DNA of 64,000 bases, from NCBI RefSeq assembly GCF_001194135.2, contig NC_068993.1, forward strand, positions 47,944,960 to 48,008,959, given 5' to 3'. Origin of the DNA: Octopus bimaculoides (Eukaryota). The notes beneath the pieces are model-generated. The model was given only the letters and a program-made list of their open reading frames with translations. It was not told the origin of the DNA and did no database searches. Shown piece after piece: positions 38,947 to 52,610 of the stretch; within the stretch, counting starts at the first letter, position 1; every line of letters begins with the position of its first letter. The translations under genes were made by a program, and so were the position numbers.

Positions 38947-40199
38947 TATGTGTGTGTGTGTGCGTGTATTCAGTTATTTATATGTGTAAGAAATCTACAT
39001 TATTGCGTTCTGTATATGTGACACAAGATTCTACACTAGACTTGTATACACCATGTGTATGTGCATATAAACTTCGCTAACGTCTCATAGTTTTTCCATT
39101 CCGTATTGTTAACAAAGGCGTAATATTGTACAATTATGTTCTATCGGCTTGTAAAGGTGTTTGGCTTAATGTTTATGTTCGGCTCACGATGTTAGTGTCG
39201 TGGGTTCCTGAGTTGAACGGTAAGGTGTGTCCCTGAGAAACGCACTGTCCAGAGGTGAAATCGCACCGTGGCAAATTTTGCATTTCCCCATTTTGGGATC
39301 GATAATTAAGAAATAATCCAAGGCAATAAATCTCTGAAATTGTTAAGGGGTCAAGCTAGATGCCTTGTAATAAACTGTTCTGGTATTTTCTACTTTGACA
39401 ATAATCTCTGCGACAGTACTGATGCCAAGATATATCGGCCCAAGTCGCTTCGTTAGAACATCGGCAACGCAACTGCTAACCTTCCTCAATCTTCTCCAGT
39501 CCTTCACTGTCCAGTTGTATGATTACCATCGTCAGAGGGAGCCTTAATATAATTGGTATGATATGAATAATTTTCCCTATATATATTTTTTTTATTATAG
39601 ATTTACTGAGAAATGTATAAATATGTCATACTTTTCACAATATATATATGCGTATCCATAAAAGTTACCTTGGCTCCAATTTCATTTCAGTTTCAAGCAA
39701 AATCGACTTCTTCATGAAAGCCTTGTGTGCGCACTCCCTTTCCCCGCTTTTCTGGTTGTAATACGTGAGTACGGAAACTAGAGCACGGTTAAAATTGATG
39801 GTGGTGTGAGAAATCAAGTAGATGTACAAGAGCGTATGGATTAAGACCAGAAATCGAGTTTTGCTACAGAGCATAGAGACCCAGAAACAGTATTTCCTTC
39901 TGATATTGAATGAATCATCAACACATAGGCTCAGTGTTCTCACGCTATATCGATGAAGCAATGAGAAAACCTTCATGCTGAAAACTTTCACCTAAAAGCA
40001 CCATGAACAAAGACCATCAGAGCGAAGGTTAGACTCCTTATGTGGTTGCTAGATATGCTAGAAATTGTAGAGAAATTTCCCTCAAATTATCATGCCTTAC
40101 TCGTTTTATGGAATGACACATTAGCTAATGCCGAGGTACACGTTACCCAGAGAAAAAAACGAGATGGTCAAAGTTGGAACACCTTTATTCAGAGTTCAT

Positions 40200-40245
40200 A
40201 ACAACAACAACAACAACAACAGCAGCAACAGCAAATACTACTACA

Positions 40246-40283
<38 letters not shown>
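40200..40283. repeat. (ACA)n/(ACT)n microsatellite
   Basis: Direct. Confidence 0.95.
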
Positions 40284-40303
<20 letters not shown>

Positions 40304-40406
40304 AAGGACTTTACACTCAGAGGCTGAATTTTAGAATGATGAAAGAGCAGGCACGCCTGGAACATCATAGAACATACATGTTGGTCGATCAGGATTTAAG
40401 TGTGTG

Positions 40407-40470
<64 letters not shown>

Positions 40471-40861
40471 TGAGTAGATGCGGAAAGAAATGAAGGTTAA
40501 TCAACAACAACGTCATCAGCACCAAGAACAACAATAGCATCCTACATCATATCAAATCGCCCCATTTCGTCTATCTTTATTTTATCTATAAATATTTTAA
40601 TTACGTAGTAAGCATGACACATCTCAGTTATCTATCGTTATGACCTCACAGATATGACTGTGAATGTGCCAACCTCTTGCCAGAATGGTATTGGCTGTCT
40701 GTTATGTTTTATGGCATTTAGACGCAGACCAGAGATTATTTCAAAGGAAATATATTGTTGGCTCATGGTCAACTATATCTGAACACCATTCTGTGTCTCT
40801 TCCTGTACCCTTGACTAACTACTCCCTCGCCAGCGCCCTCTTCCAGTCTATCCAACTTCTT

Positions 40862-40863
40862 AC

Positions 40864-40927
<64 letters not shown>

Positions 40928-40983
40928 ATATCTATCTATCTATCTATCCATCTATCCATCTATATATCTATCAATCTATTTAC

Positions 40984-41045
<62 letters not shown>

Positions 41046-41093
41046 GTCTGTCTTTCTTTCTGTCTGTCTGTATATTCATCTCTATCTATTTAT

Positions 41094-41126
<33 letters not shown>
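40862..41126. repeat. (CTAT)n tetranucleotide microsatellite
   Basis: Direct. Source of the LSIY-repeat ORF. Confidence 0.95.
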
Positions 41127-41695
41127 NNNNNNNNNNNNNNNNNNNNNNNNNNNNNNNNNNNNNNNNNNNNNNNNNNNNNNNNNNNNNNNNNNNNNNNNNN
41201 NNNNNNNNNNNNNNNNNNNNNNNNNNNNNNNNNNNNNNNNNNNNNNNNNNNNNNNNNNNNNNNNNNNNNNNNNTATGTATTATATATATATGTATATGTA
41301 TATGTATGTATGTATGTATGTATATACACCCTCTTGTGATGTTCGTTTTATAGATTCTTTCCAATAGTCACCTGATTGTTAACAGCTGTAAGTGGTATAG
41401 AGGCGGTTGTTCAAGACATTGCTTACTAAAGTTTCTGCTTATTTTCTATTCTGTCACCGCCTGTAGTACCATATCTTTAGTTGGTTACCATTGGTTATAT
41501 ATCTTTTCTGTAAACACAAAGAATATTATGAAATCACCAACTGTTTCTGTAACAATCATATTATTTTAAATCATTTTATTACTTAACTCTTTCTTGCTCT
41601 CTCACTGTCACTCACTTTTTCGCTTTCTCTTTCTGTCTTGCTCTCCTGAAGTCTGTATGAAAATTTTACAATTATCTCTTTATAAAAATTACACA

Positions 41696-41773
<78 letters not shown>

Positions 41774-41945
41774 TATATATATAAAGATATATAAAGATAC
41801 ACACACTCTCAGACAAATACACATATGTATAAAACATTTGTTTTTCTTAGTTATTTTCGCATTAACATTCATCTATCTATCCAGCTATTTATCTATCTAT
41901 TTATTTATCTATCTATCCATCCATCCATCCATTCATCCACCCACC

Positions 41946-41989
<44 letters not shown>

Positions 41990-42289
41990 GTTCATATATC
42001 TTTCAGTCTATCTCTCTATCTATCCGTCTGTCTGTTTATATCTATATTGATCTGACAGGCTGGCAACCTATCTCTTTGTGCTTAAGTATTACGTGTTTAT
42101 GGATAGAGAGCTCTATGTCTGTCTGGTTGACTCTCACTCTGTCCATCTGTTTGTTTGACTATTTTCGCTGTAGACTCCTAATCTATACTTCTCGGTCTAA
42201 ATTTAATTCTCCATCTCCTGCTCTTTCTCAATCTTTCTTCTGTCTCTTCGAAATCATTATACCTGTAAACATCCGCTCAACCTCTTTTC

Positions 42290-42368
<79 letters not shown>

Positions 42369-42435
42369 NNNNNNNNNNNNNNNNNNNNNNNNNNNNNNNN
42401 NNNNNNNNNNNNNNNNNNNNNNNNNNNNGTGTTTG

Positions 42436-42489
<54 letters not shown>

Positions 42490-43977
42490 GGATAATTTTT
42501 TTTTCCAAAAACATTTCATGAATTTGCCAGCATAATATTAGAATACATTTTAAGGTGAAAATTATAAACAATTATAAATAAGGGTAAAAGAAAACATTTC
42601 TATGCCAATATGCTGAGAAATAAAATTTAAAGTGTCGATCACCACATACAATATACATCACTATAAGTACACGCCGTGTTGAAAACGAAGGAAGCAAGCT
42701 AACGGAATTTCTTTAAAAATTCATTATCTCTGAATCGAACGATTTCCACTAATCAGCAGAGGATATTATAAGAAATAAATGTTGTTTGTTTCTACAATGG
42801 CTAGGTTTGATTTGAAAGCCATTCGGTTGTTATTTCTAGCAGATCAAACGAGCAATAAGTATTTTTTCTTTCCTTTCCCTATGAGGCAAGTTCAAGCAAC
42901 TGCTTTTGTATATTGTGCAAGTGGCCGGGTTAAATATTTATAGTCTTTAATCATTTTAATCCTGACATTAGACAGTGGTGATGATAGAAGCAATGAAATT
43001 TCGGAGAATATACACCGTAGAATTTAGACAAGAGCATTTACATTCAAACCCTGTCATGGTCAGCTAAAACCTTTATCTTTCTCTGATCGGTAAATAAAGT
43101 ATCAGTTAAACGCTGGTGCAGATTTCATCGACGATTACCACCCTGCCTTGATGTATGTGGCCTTGTGCCAGTATTAGAAACTATTATATTATGGTTCCTA
43201 TCTTCTAAGAACCCACGTTTGCTTTCGATATCTTCCAATTTGTTTCATCATAGAAACCTTCTAATTCCCCGTGTGTAAGAGTTTTATTACGTGCAACCGT
43301 ATTCATGACATGATAGGTTTTATCAAACACACAAACGAACGCAATGCGAATAAAAGGAAATGAAAAATAATCATAATAATAATTGGAGGCGAAAAGAGAG
43401 TAAATAAGAAAAAGAAAGTTAAAGAGAAAAACAAAGACAACGAAATGGTTGATATTTGCATGAAGATATGTTGGAATAATGAGGGGCACACTAATTTGAA
43501 AATTCTGCACATCAAGAAATTGCAACATTCCTGACAAATTAATGTCAAAATTTCGTCTGGATCATTGGAATCTTTTGGAAATTGTTTGAGAAACGTTGAG
43601 TAGATTACGTGGAAACAAAAGGAAAACGAGCAAGAATTTCTATAAAACCAAAAGAAAGTTTTAACAGAAAACATTTTAAGACAGGCAAATGAATGAAAAA
43701 GATAAACAGAAAAATAATAATGATGGCAACAAGAACAGAAATAGCACCGGAGACGAGGATAGAGACAGCTAAAGACGGGGAAGAAGGAGAACAACAACAA
43801 CAACAACAACGGTAATGACAACAACAACAACAGTAGTGATAGCAGTAAAGAGAGGAATAAGGACATCTTAATAAGCAAAATAACAACTAAATTAGAGGGA
43901 CATGGTTCGCAATTTTGCGTGCCGAATGATATATGTCAATCGAGTTTCAGGGATAATAATACGAAAAGACCACCACT

Positions 43978-44009
<32 letters not shown>

Positions 44010-45776
44010 CTACAACATCAATGACAACGATGACAGTAACAACAAAAACAAAAGGACAGAGACAGGAAAATAATCCTTTCAAAACTTGCGATGAATTCAT
44101 TTTTGATTACAAATTGGGGATTATTGGATACGGTTGTTGCGATAGAAGAGTGTAAGGGAGAGGGGGGATCGTATTAGTATGAGTACGGGTAGTTTTGTGA
44201 GTGTGTGTTTGTCTCTGTGTGTGTGTGTGTGTGTGTGTATTTGTTTGTATGTATGAATGTACGTACTTATATATGTTCATACATATATATATTTGTATAT
44301 ATACATATATGCCCACTCACACACATACACGCACACACATCTGTGCATGCATAAGTATTTGCATACATAAGTATGCAATATATATATACACACACTCATG
44401 CGTATATGTATTTATGTATGTATGTATGTATGTATTATGTATGTATGGCTTTATTTCGTGTATTAGATGTGAGGTGATATTAACGATATTAATTTTTAGA
44501 CTTAGACCACCCATCCTCACTCTCATCTCGTCAGTATTTACACAATGTAGGTCTGTAAAGCTTTTCAGTTTTACACCACAGCAGCTGGAGTTCAACTCCT
44601 GTTATCCTACCCTGTGTAACTTATCTATGTATTGTTTCATGTTTATCTCTCGCGTCGGTATAGCAAGAGGAGGATCGTTAATTTATCGTTAACTCTTTTT
44701 ATCTCATCTCAAAACGTCCGTCGGGCACAGCTGCAGCAAACGTTATCGACGTTGTCGTTGATTCTGTGCCCGCATGAAAAAGATTTATGATGAAAGGAGC
44801 CCCAAACAGTTATCATTTTTATTTTCCATGTTTATCTGAAACTATACAATGAAGTGTGCACTGATATTTTTAACAAGGTATGATTTGATTACTGTGACAT
44901 AATACTGCATATTCTAGAAAATCGATCAAAATTTTAGAAAACTTCCGGTTAGTTCGTCCAAGTTTATATTTCTAGTTAACTGTACAAATAAATGCGCTGT
45001 TGAAATACAAAACCACCCAAGCTTTTGAAAATCAGAAATGCAAGAGTATGTATAGTTATAAGTTTCTATTATATGCACATTTATTAATCTCTTACTGTGA
45101 CACATACTTTTAACTTTTTGCAGGTTGAGTATCTACTGGTTAATTATCTTACTCGGTGGTACCTGCTGTTGACAAAGTCTGTGTTGTGTATATATTTATT
45201 CATAACCTTATTCTGTGTTACCGGTTGTTAGCATTTCTGAACTGTGTTTCTTATGAGGAACTGATATTGTGATATTCCGTGTTAACAGAGACTGCCCTGT
45301 ATTTAAACGTTGTTGAAAATGTTTCTACGAAATAAAATTTGTGATGATCAAACTCTATAAAATGAAAGAACTGCGATTATTATTCTTTTAATAGGTTTAA
45401 CTATGAAATGAAACCGAAGACATAACGTAAATATATAATATCCTTTACTAAATTATTCCGAGGAGCCCATTGTTCCAAAAGAATTATGGGGGATTTCTGT
45501 AAGATATGTGCTTTTTATTAAAATTAAAAATATGAATTAGAACAAAAGTTATTCACCAATTTAAAGATAAATAATTATCATATGTTGGCTTTGTATAACT
45601 ATATCCTCTTCCTCAATGAAGTTTTGATTCATTTAACTTTTAGAATTAGTGTGATGGGTGTTGTTAAAATATACGTATGCTTTCCGTAAATTATGGTGAT
45701 CGCATCATGGCAGCGCTGTAGTATGTTACTATTAAATCAACTACAAATATCGGTTCATACTGTTCTGTGTAACACT

Positions 45777-46161
45777 GTGTTGTTGGCACTCCGTCGCTTA
45801 CGATGTTGAGGGTTCCAGTTGATCCGATCAACGAAACAGCCCGCTCGTGAAATTAGCGTGCAAGTGGCTGAGCTCTCCACAGACACGTGTACCCTTAACG
45901 TAGTTCTCGGGGATATTCAGCGTGGCACAGTGTGACAAGGCTGGCCCTTTGAAATACAGGTACAACAGAAACAGGAAGAAAGAGTGAGAGAAAGTTGTGG
46001 TGAAAGAACACATCAGGGTTCGCCACCATCCCCTGCCGGAGCCTCGTGGAGCTTTAGGTGTTTTCGCTCAATAAACACTCACAAAGCCCGGTCTGGGAAT
46101 CGAAACCGTGATCCTATGACCGCGAGTCCGCTGCTCTAACCACTGGGCCATTGCGTCTCCA
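45777..46161 (-). mobile_element. SINE family C, full length with a perfect 12-bp target-site duplication
   Basis: tRNA-like head (gcaatggcccagtggttagagcagcggact...ggtttcgattccc), tail ...gccaacaacac, TSD ctgtgtaacact at 45765-45776 and 46162-46173. Confidence 0.93.
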
Positions 46162-46711
46162 CTGTGTAACACTAAGAAAGCAGTATTTCACAGCTTTGTC
46201 CAAGTTGAGTCTTAGAACTCTTGCTTGATTTGTGCAGAGAAAACGTGTAGTCCATACATGGTGAAATATGAAGCCAGTGGTGAATGAAACGAGGAACGAA
46301 TTAACAACTGCACACTTGCTAGTTTTGCAAAGAAATAGCAGCTAAGTCACAATCGAATGGCGATATCATAATAAAAGAGATACTGTGTTATATATTGTAG
46401 CCCTTGTTACTCTTAACAAGATGCCATGATCGTAGACGTACATTTAACTGATATATTTTCTGGATGTTCTACACAAAAGTTAAACAACAAAAAAACATTG
46501 ATCAGCAGCGCATTTTTCGTGTCTGTTTGCCTAATTGATTTATTAATTACTTGAAACTTCTCTCGGTATCTTAGCAACAGTTGAAATAAGAAGTCAACAG
46601 TTTGGCTTCTTTAATGATCACTATTAATGTGTGTATGTGTATGTGTATGTTTGTGTAGGTATGTATATATATGTATACATATGTATTTATATACATCTAT
46701 ATGCATATACT

Positions 46712-46751
<40 letters not shown>

Positions 46752-46909
46752 AGTATATACATATATACATGAATCTTCACACACACACACACATATATGT
46801 ATATACAATTTTTTGCGCTTATTTATTTCTGATTTAAAATTTGAATTGGTGGTAAATTACTTTAATATTGCTAGACGATTTTAACTATAAAATATTTCTT
46901 AGGTTGAGG

Positions 46910-47125
46910 GCGTTGAGCTGGCAGAATCGTTAACACGGTGGGAAAAATGCTTACAGTGTCTTTTGTCCGTTGTTATATTCAGAGTTAAAACTCCGCCGAG
47001 GTCGACTTAATCGTTCATCCTTTCGGCGTCGATAAAACATATACAAGTAAAGGACTGGGGTGCCGACGTAATCGACTTATCCCACAGCGAACTTGATGGC
47101 CTTGTGCCAAAATTGGAAACCTATA
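46910..47125 (+). mobile_element. SINE family B
   Basis: gagctggcagaatcgttaacacg...ctccgccgaggtcgactt...ggccttgtgccaaaatt. Confidence 0.85.
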
Positions 47126-47504
47126 TTTCATAGGTTGATAACGGTGGGATTGTAGAAATATTTGAACGAAAAAATATAATGCATTATCGCATCTAGTTTT
47201 TCCTTTTTTTTTTTTTGTTTTTTCGTTGACCTATCTACATGATAGGAATCTATCCATGCTGGGGGCACCGCCTGCAAAGTTTTAATCAATGGTTTCACAA
47301 CCATTTTTCATCTATAGACCCATTTGTTTACTATTTTATTTTGATGAACACACGTAGCCATTCTACGTTTTAAAAAAAAACAGTTTTATAGAAACTTCTT
47401 TTAAGATTCGTATTTTGTTTTTCACGCATTAACTTGTGTAGGTTGTACTACGGAAAATGTTAGAGAAAGGAACCTGGCTGCTTCTGGCAATATATACCAA
47501 TACA

Positions 47505-47675
47505 AAGGCAGCGAGTTGGCAGAATCGTTAGCATACCGAGCGAAATGCTTAGCGGTATTTCGTCTGTCTCTACGGCCTGAGTTCAAATTCCACCGAGGTC
47601 GACTTTGCTTTCATCGTTTCGGGGTCGATAAATTAAGTACCAGTTACGTACTGGGGTCGATCTAATCGACTAGCT
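47505..47675 (+). mobile_element. SINE family B, well-conserved copy
   Basis: ggcagcgagttggcagaatcgttagc...gagttcaaattccaccgaggtcgact...aagtaccagttacgtactggggtcgatctaatcgact. Confidence 0.9.
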
Positions 47676-47769
47676 CTCTACTCAAGGCGCAAGGCCCTAC
47701 GTTTTTGGGGAGTGGGGGGGGCAGTCGATTAGATAGATACATACATACATCGACAGACAGATAGATAAC

Positions 47770-48280
47770 TTTCTTTTATTAGCCACACAGGGCTGCACAC
47801 AGAGGGGACAAATACAACTGTAGAGCTTTTCTTTAAAAATTTTTTTTTTTTAAAAAAGGCAAATCCGATCAAAAGGGATCGGTAGGGGCAAAAAGAAAAT
47901 AATAAATAAAAAACGGGTATCGTATATCACAGAAAATGTCAATTGTGTAAAATGGGGTAACATTAGGTTTATCCATGGAGAGAAAAGCCTACGGAAAAGA
48001 CCATGGTAACCTCACCAGGGAATAGACACATTAAAATTTTTTTTCTTTCTCGATTTATAGGATCATGCTCAAAGAGGTATTGTCACTCGCACGCACCATC
48101 TTTGCTACATTCACCCACCTTTTAATGAAACTTTCACGAGACAAAAACTGTCTCTCTATTCTCACCTTCCTTTTCAAGTGATACTTGAAAAAGTTGATGA
48201 GCGATTGGCCAGAGAGGTAAGTTTTCGTCTCTAATCCTTTCGCTCGGGTCCACCACACACATTCTTTCACCATGGCCAAG
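47770..48280 (-). mobile_element. 5'-truncated Tx1/L1-like non-LTR retrotransposon (ORF2 C-terminus plus 3' UTR) inside a tetranucleotide microsatellite
   Basis: Minus ORF LAMVKECVWWTRAKGLETKTYLSGQSLINFFKYHLKRKVRIERQFLSRESFIKRWVNVAKMV resembles the Tx1/L1 ORF2 C-terminus (IW..R....FF...L..K.R.ER......F.KRW). Flanked by (ATAC/AGAC/AGAT)n on both sides. Confidence 0.75.
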
Positions 48281-48959
48281 ATACATACATACATACATAC
48301 ATACATACATACAAAAATCCATACATGCATGCATACATACATATATACAGAGGGAGTAGGGATAATAGATAGAATAATATATAAATCTAATAATAGACAG
48401 GCAGGGAAACAAACAGTGAGATAGAGAGAAAAAGAGACTCACTGAGACAGAGAACTGCTGTTTGTTGGTTTATATCAATATATAAATGTGTTTGTGTGAG
48501 TGAAAGGCTAAAGTGACAAATATCTAAAATTCTAAATAAATCTGGTATTTAAACGTGGAAGAAATTGTGTCGTTGGTGGCTTATGAGAGAGAAAATCTTC
48601 TTTCGGGATACATAACGGGTTTAGTGGTTACATGTTTTGCAAACTACATTTCTATCACCCTTCCTTTTCCTCTAATTATCACATTTCAGGCCCATTAGGT
48701 ATACAGCTGCTATTATAGTTAGACGCTCGTTTAAAAAGAATGATATTGGATTCATTGCCAAACGGAGAGAACTGAGAGTTGATAACGACTACTAAAAGCC
48801 ATGGCGTGGGGAAATAATGACACAGGATTAACGTTGGGAATAAAGACAAAATCGAAAAAGTAAATAATGCGATAATGCGTAATGAAAACTGAACGTACTA
48901 CGGTGAAAACAGTCACAATTATATACACACTCATGTAAAACTTAAAGCAATCGGTAAAT

Positions 48960-49347
48960 GGATCTTCGTCAGTTTTGCCGATGAATTTTCCAGTTATTCA
49001 ATCTACTGGGCTACTTATCTACTCACTGAATGGACGTGTATGTGGTGGAGTATTCCACAGTGTGGTTATACTTGTAATTCTCAAAAGCAGAATTAGCTTT
49101 TTCACAATATTGGATAGAGTGGGTCACATGCGGCGATGTAATGTTCCATGACAAAAATCGAAGACTACAGCATGCACCTGATCACAAAAAACACAAACTT
49201 CACAACATGTGTAGTAAACACAGTGATGTCAATCGGCACACTGCCTCATGAAGGTCACTGCTAGTTCTCATTGCCCACTCGACCATGTGCCGCCATCTGT
49301 TGACATGTTACAGAACTAGTCCAGGGACATTTTGATACCACCCTGTA
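48960..49347 (-). mobile_element. Mariner-like DNA transposon 5' end (TIR plus decayed transposase N-terminus)
   Basis: The minus strand begins TA-CAGGGTGGTATCAAAATGTCCC (mariner-type TIR with TA target) followed by AGATGGCG. The downstream degenerate translation (IQYCEK..SAFE..) only weakly resembles the mariner N-terminus. No partner TIR seen. Confidence 0.55.
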
Positions 49348-50419
49348 CATTTATTCATATATACGTGCATACATGAATATATACATATATAGATTTACGT
49401 GTAAGAAATAGAGTGTGTGAGTGAGTGAGTGTGTGTCTGTGTGTCTGTGTGTATCTCTGTGTGTGTCTGTGTGTGTGTGAGTGTGTCGAAGGAAGTAACT
49501 TTAAAAAAATGACGGGCATACTAATTTCGTTATGATTTTTTGTGAGAAGTCTTATAATATGATATTGGCACTGGAATTAGGAATAAGTAAGGAGTATAAT
49601 TTTTGTGGCGCTATCACGTATGAATTTGCTAATAGGAAAATTGAAGACCTTAAATTAAAGAATAACGATTAAAGTTAAACAATTACATGGAAATGAAATG
49701 CATAAAAGGGTCAATTGTATAACTCAGCATTTTTGGTTACCGAAGTTATATACCACAGCACCAAAAGTTAGATTCATAGCAAGGACTACTGAAAATACAA
49801 GTAAAGTAATAACGATTTTAGTTATTAATGCGTTGAAATTTATAAGGACGAATTTTGTTTGATATTGCAATGCCAATTGCAAGAGTTCGGGAGTTAGTTT
49901 CATGTGGTGTATCAGATGTTGCTCAGAATTCTTAGGAAGACTTGTTTTGCACCTTGCGACTTAAGTCAATGTTTCCGTATGATTTTTCTATAATACATTC
50001 TAATCTAAAGTAAAAACTAGTGGAGATGAGTATGTTTAAGTTAATAGTAGAAATAAATATAAGTATATATGTGACTTAACAATGGTGAAGTGTTCTTTTT
50101 ATTTAAAATAATATACATTGGCTACATTAGCCTTAAAGAAAGATAAGCCGAAAGAGTTCATCAGGTGTACCGTAAATAATGTAGATTTAGGAAGGTAGAT
50201 TTTACCATTTGACAAATAGAGAACCTTAAATAATGCTACATAAAATATTTGGGGTTAATATAACCTAATTTTTATTTAACCAAGTTGGTCTACACAAAGA
50301 AAGAACTTTACAGAGACAGAGAAGGGGTTAGGGAACGAACAATCAACAAGAAGTTAGACATATAGTTAAAAAATAAATGAAAAAATATGAAATTCGAGTG
50401 AAGGACACGGCCATACTAA

Positions 50420-50600
50420 TATTCTTTTCTACAACAGGCACAAGGCTCGAAATTTTGTGAGAGGGTGGGGCAGTCGATTTGATCGACCTCAGTACGCAAC
50501 TGGTACTTAATTTATCGACCCTGAAAGGATGAAAGGCAACATCGACCTCGGTGGAATTTGAACTCAGAACATAGAGACATTTCTGCCAGCTCGCCGCCTT
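50420..50600 (-). mobile_element. SINE family B, well-conserved copy with an internal deletion
   Basis: About 90% identical by eye, over about 92 nt, to the reverse complement of 47580-47671. Confidence 0.9.
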
Positions 50601-52030
50601 TGGAGTTAATATAACAGATAGGAATATCTCTTATGATTGAAACCAATATGGAAAAATGAATGAAAAAATTGGCATGGAACTACATATGAGAATGTGTGAC
50701 AAGGCAGATTATTAATACAAAAGTATGGTCAAGAAAAACATTCTTGTATTTGCAAAGAAAATGAAGCATTTTGATTTTGAAGGGAAGTGTAATTGGATAA
50801 ACAGACTGAAAGGAGAAAGAAGGAACGGCACATGGAATGGAATCTGATAGAATCAAAGAAATAATCTGTGGTATATCTCACAACAGACAAACTAAAGCTT
50901 AAGCGGTTTTAAGATAAAACTATTGAAAGCTGAGCTTAGATGGCAAAGAATTGCAATCGCTGCTTTATCTCTCAATTAGATTGCCGAAAAATACGTTGCG
51001 TCATTACATGATAAAACAAGGATTAGTTGGAAAATACAATGACTAAAGAAATCATGATACGGTACATCTAAACGCTTGAGATGCCAGGCAGATTTCCGTC
51101 GAATTTCATAATACTGGTAAACAGATTGAAGAACACAGTAAATTTAATGATCCTGGATGTGTAGAATATGTACGGCGAAAAGTGATAAATGTTAATGGTC
51201 ACCACAAGAACGTCATTGAAAACAAATCTAGGAGATCACAGCTGACGAGAGCAACGGGTAGGTGCAGAGAATACATATAGACAGATTAAATATTATTATA
51301 CATACATACGTTCATGTGTATATATATATATATATATATATATNNNNNNNNNNNNNNNNNNNNNNNNNNNNNNNNNNNNNNNNNNNNNNNNNNNNNNNNN
51401 NNNNNNNNNNNNNNNNNNNNNNNNNNNNNNNNNNNNNNNNNNNNNNNNNNNNNNNNNNNNNNNNNNNNNNNNNNNNNNNNNNNNNNNNNNNNNNNNNNNN
51501 NNNNNNNNNNNNNNNNNNNNNNNNNNNNNNNNNNNNNNNNNNNNNNNNNNNNNNNNNNNNNNNNNNNNNNNNNNNNNNNNNNNNNNNNNNNNNNNNNNNN
51601 NNNNNNNNNNNNNNNNNNNNNNNNNNNNNNNNNNNNNNNNNNNNNNNNNNNNNNNNNNNNNNNNNNNNNNNNNNNNNNNNNNNNNNNNNNNNNNNNNNNN
51701 NNNNNNNNNNNNNNNNNNNNNNNNNNNNNNNNNNNNNNNNNNNNNNNNNNNNNNNNNNNNNNNNNNNNNNNNNNNNNNNNNNNNNNNNNNNNNNNNNNNN
51801 NNNNNNNNNNNNNNNNNNNNNNNNNNNNNNNNNNNNNNNNNNNNNNNNNNNNNNNNNNNNNNNNNNNNNNNNNNNNNNNNNNNNNNNNNNNNNNNNNNNN
51901 NNNNNNNNNNNNNNNNNNNNNNNNNNNNNNNNNNNNNNNNNNNNNNNNNNNNNNNNNNNNNNNNNNNNNNNNNNNNNNNNNNNNNNNNNNNNNNNNNNNN
52001 NNNNNNNNNNNNNNNNNNNNNNNNNNNNNN

Positions 52031-52109
<79 letters not shown>

Positions 52110-52194
52110 TACAAAAGACAAAGACAGGTGGTGTAGACAAAAAAACAGATATATTAGTTTAACGCTCGGGAAGTGAAAAAATCTTTAACTTTTC

Positions 52195-52196
<2 letters not shown>
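52110..52196 (-). mobile_element. Fragment of the small hammerhead-like dispersed element
   Basis: aagacaggtggtgtagacaa...atattagtttaacgctcgggaag...tctttaacttttcga aligns to 22960-23050. It lies between (GA)n and (GATA)n. Confidence 0.65.
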
Positions 52197-52227
<31 letters not shown>

Positions 52228-52600
52228 ACAGAAAGGAACGGATAGTTGAATGCAAAACCTGTATAGGAATATAGGTAGACATTTAGGAAACCTGACACAA
52301 TGGTGTAGAATTTATTTATTTATTTAATCATTTACTTATACCGAAGAAACAACAACGGCAGACGAAAATAAGGAAGAATACTAAACAGCAAAACCAACGT
52401 TTACCAAACATAATCCAGTACCCACTGATTGGTTAGGTCAAACAACAATATAGAAAAAAAGCTGAAGTAGTAGTAGTAGTAGTAGTTCTATCTATCTTTA
52501 TGTTTCAAGCTTATTTTTGCAACTATCGACCCTGCTTGGGGGCCATTTTGTGGGTCTTTCTCTCGCAATTTTTTTTTTCTGTTTCATTCTTGACTTTCAG

Positions 52601-52610
52601 CGTTCAAACG
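52601..52610 (+). other. Candidate 10-nt micro-exon
   Basis: ttttttttttctgtttcattcttgactttcag|CGTTCAAACG|gtacgt: long pyrimidine tract, CAG acceptor, strong donor. Confidence 0.35.

Noticed and set aside
48690-48698. 9-nt exon candidate (ttcag|GCCCATTAG|gtatac)
   Set aside because: The acceptor and branch point are good but the donor is weak (no +5 G), and it has a stop in phase 0.
50690-50830. AKKMKHFDFEGKCNWINRLK, resembling a pogo/Tigger (CENP-B-type) HTH segment
   Set aside because: The match is too short and the surrounding frames are full of stops. It cannot be supported without an HMM search.
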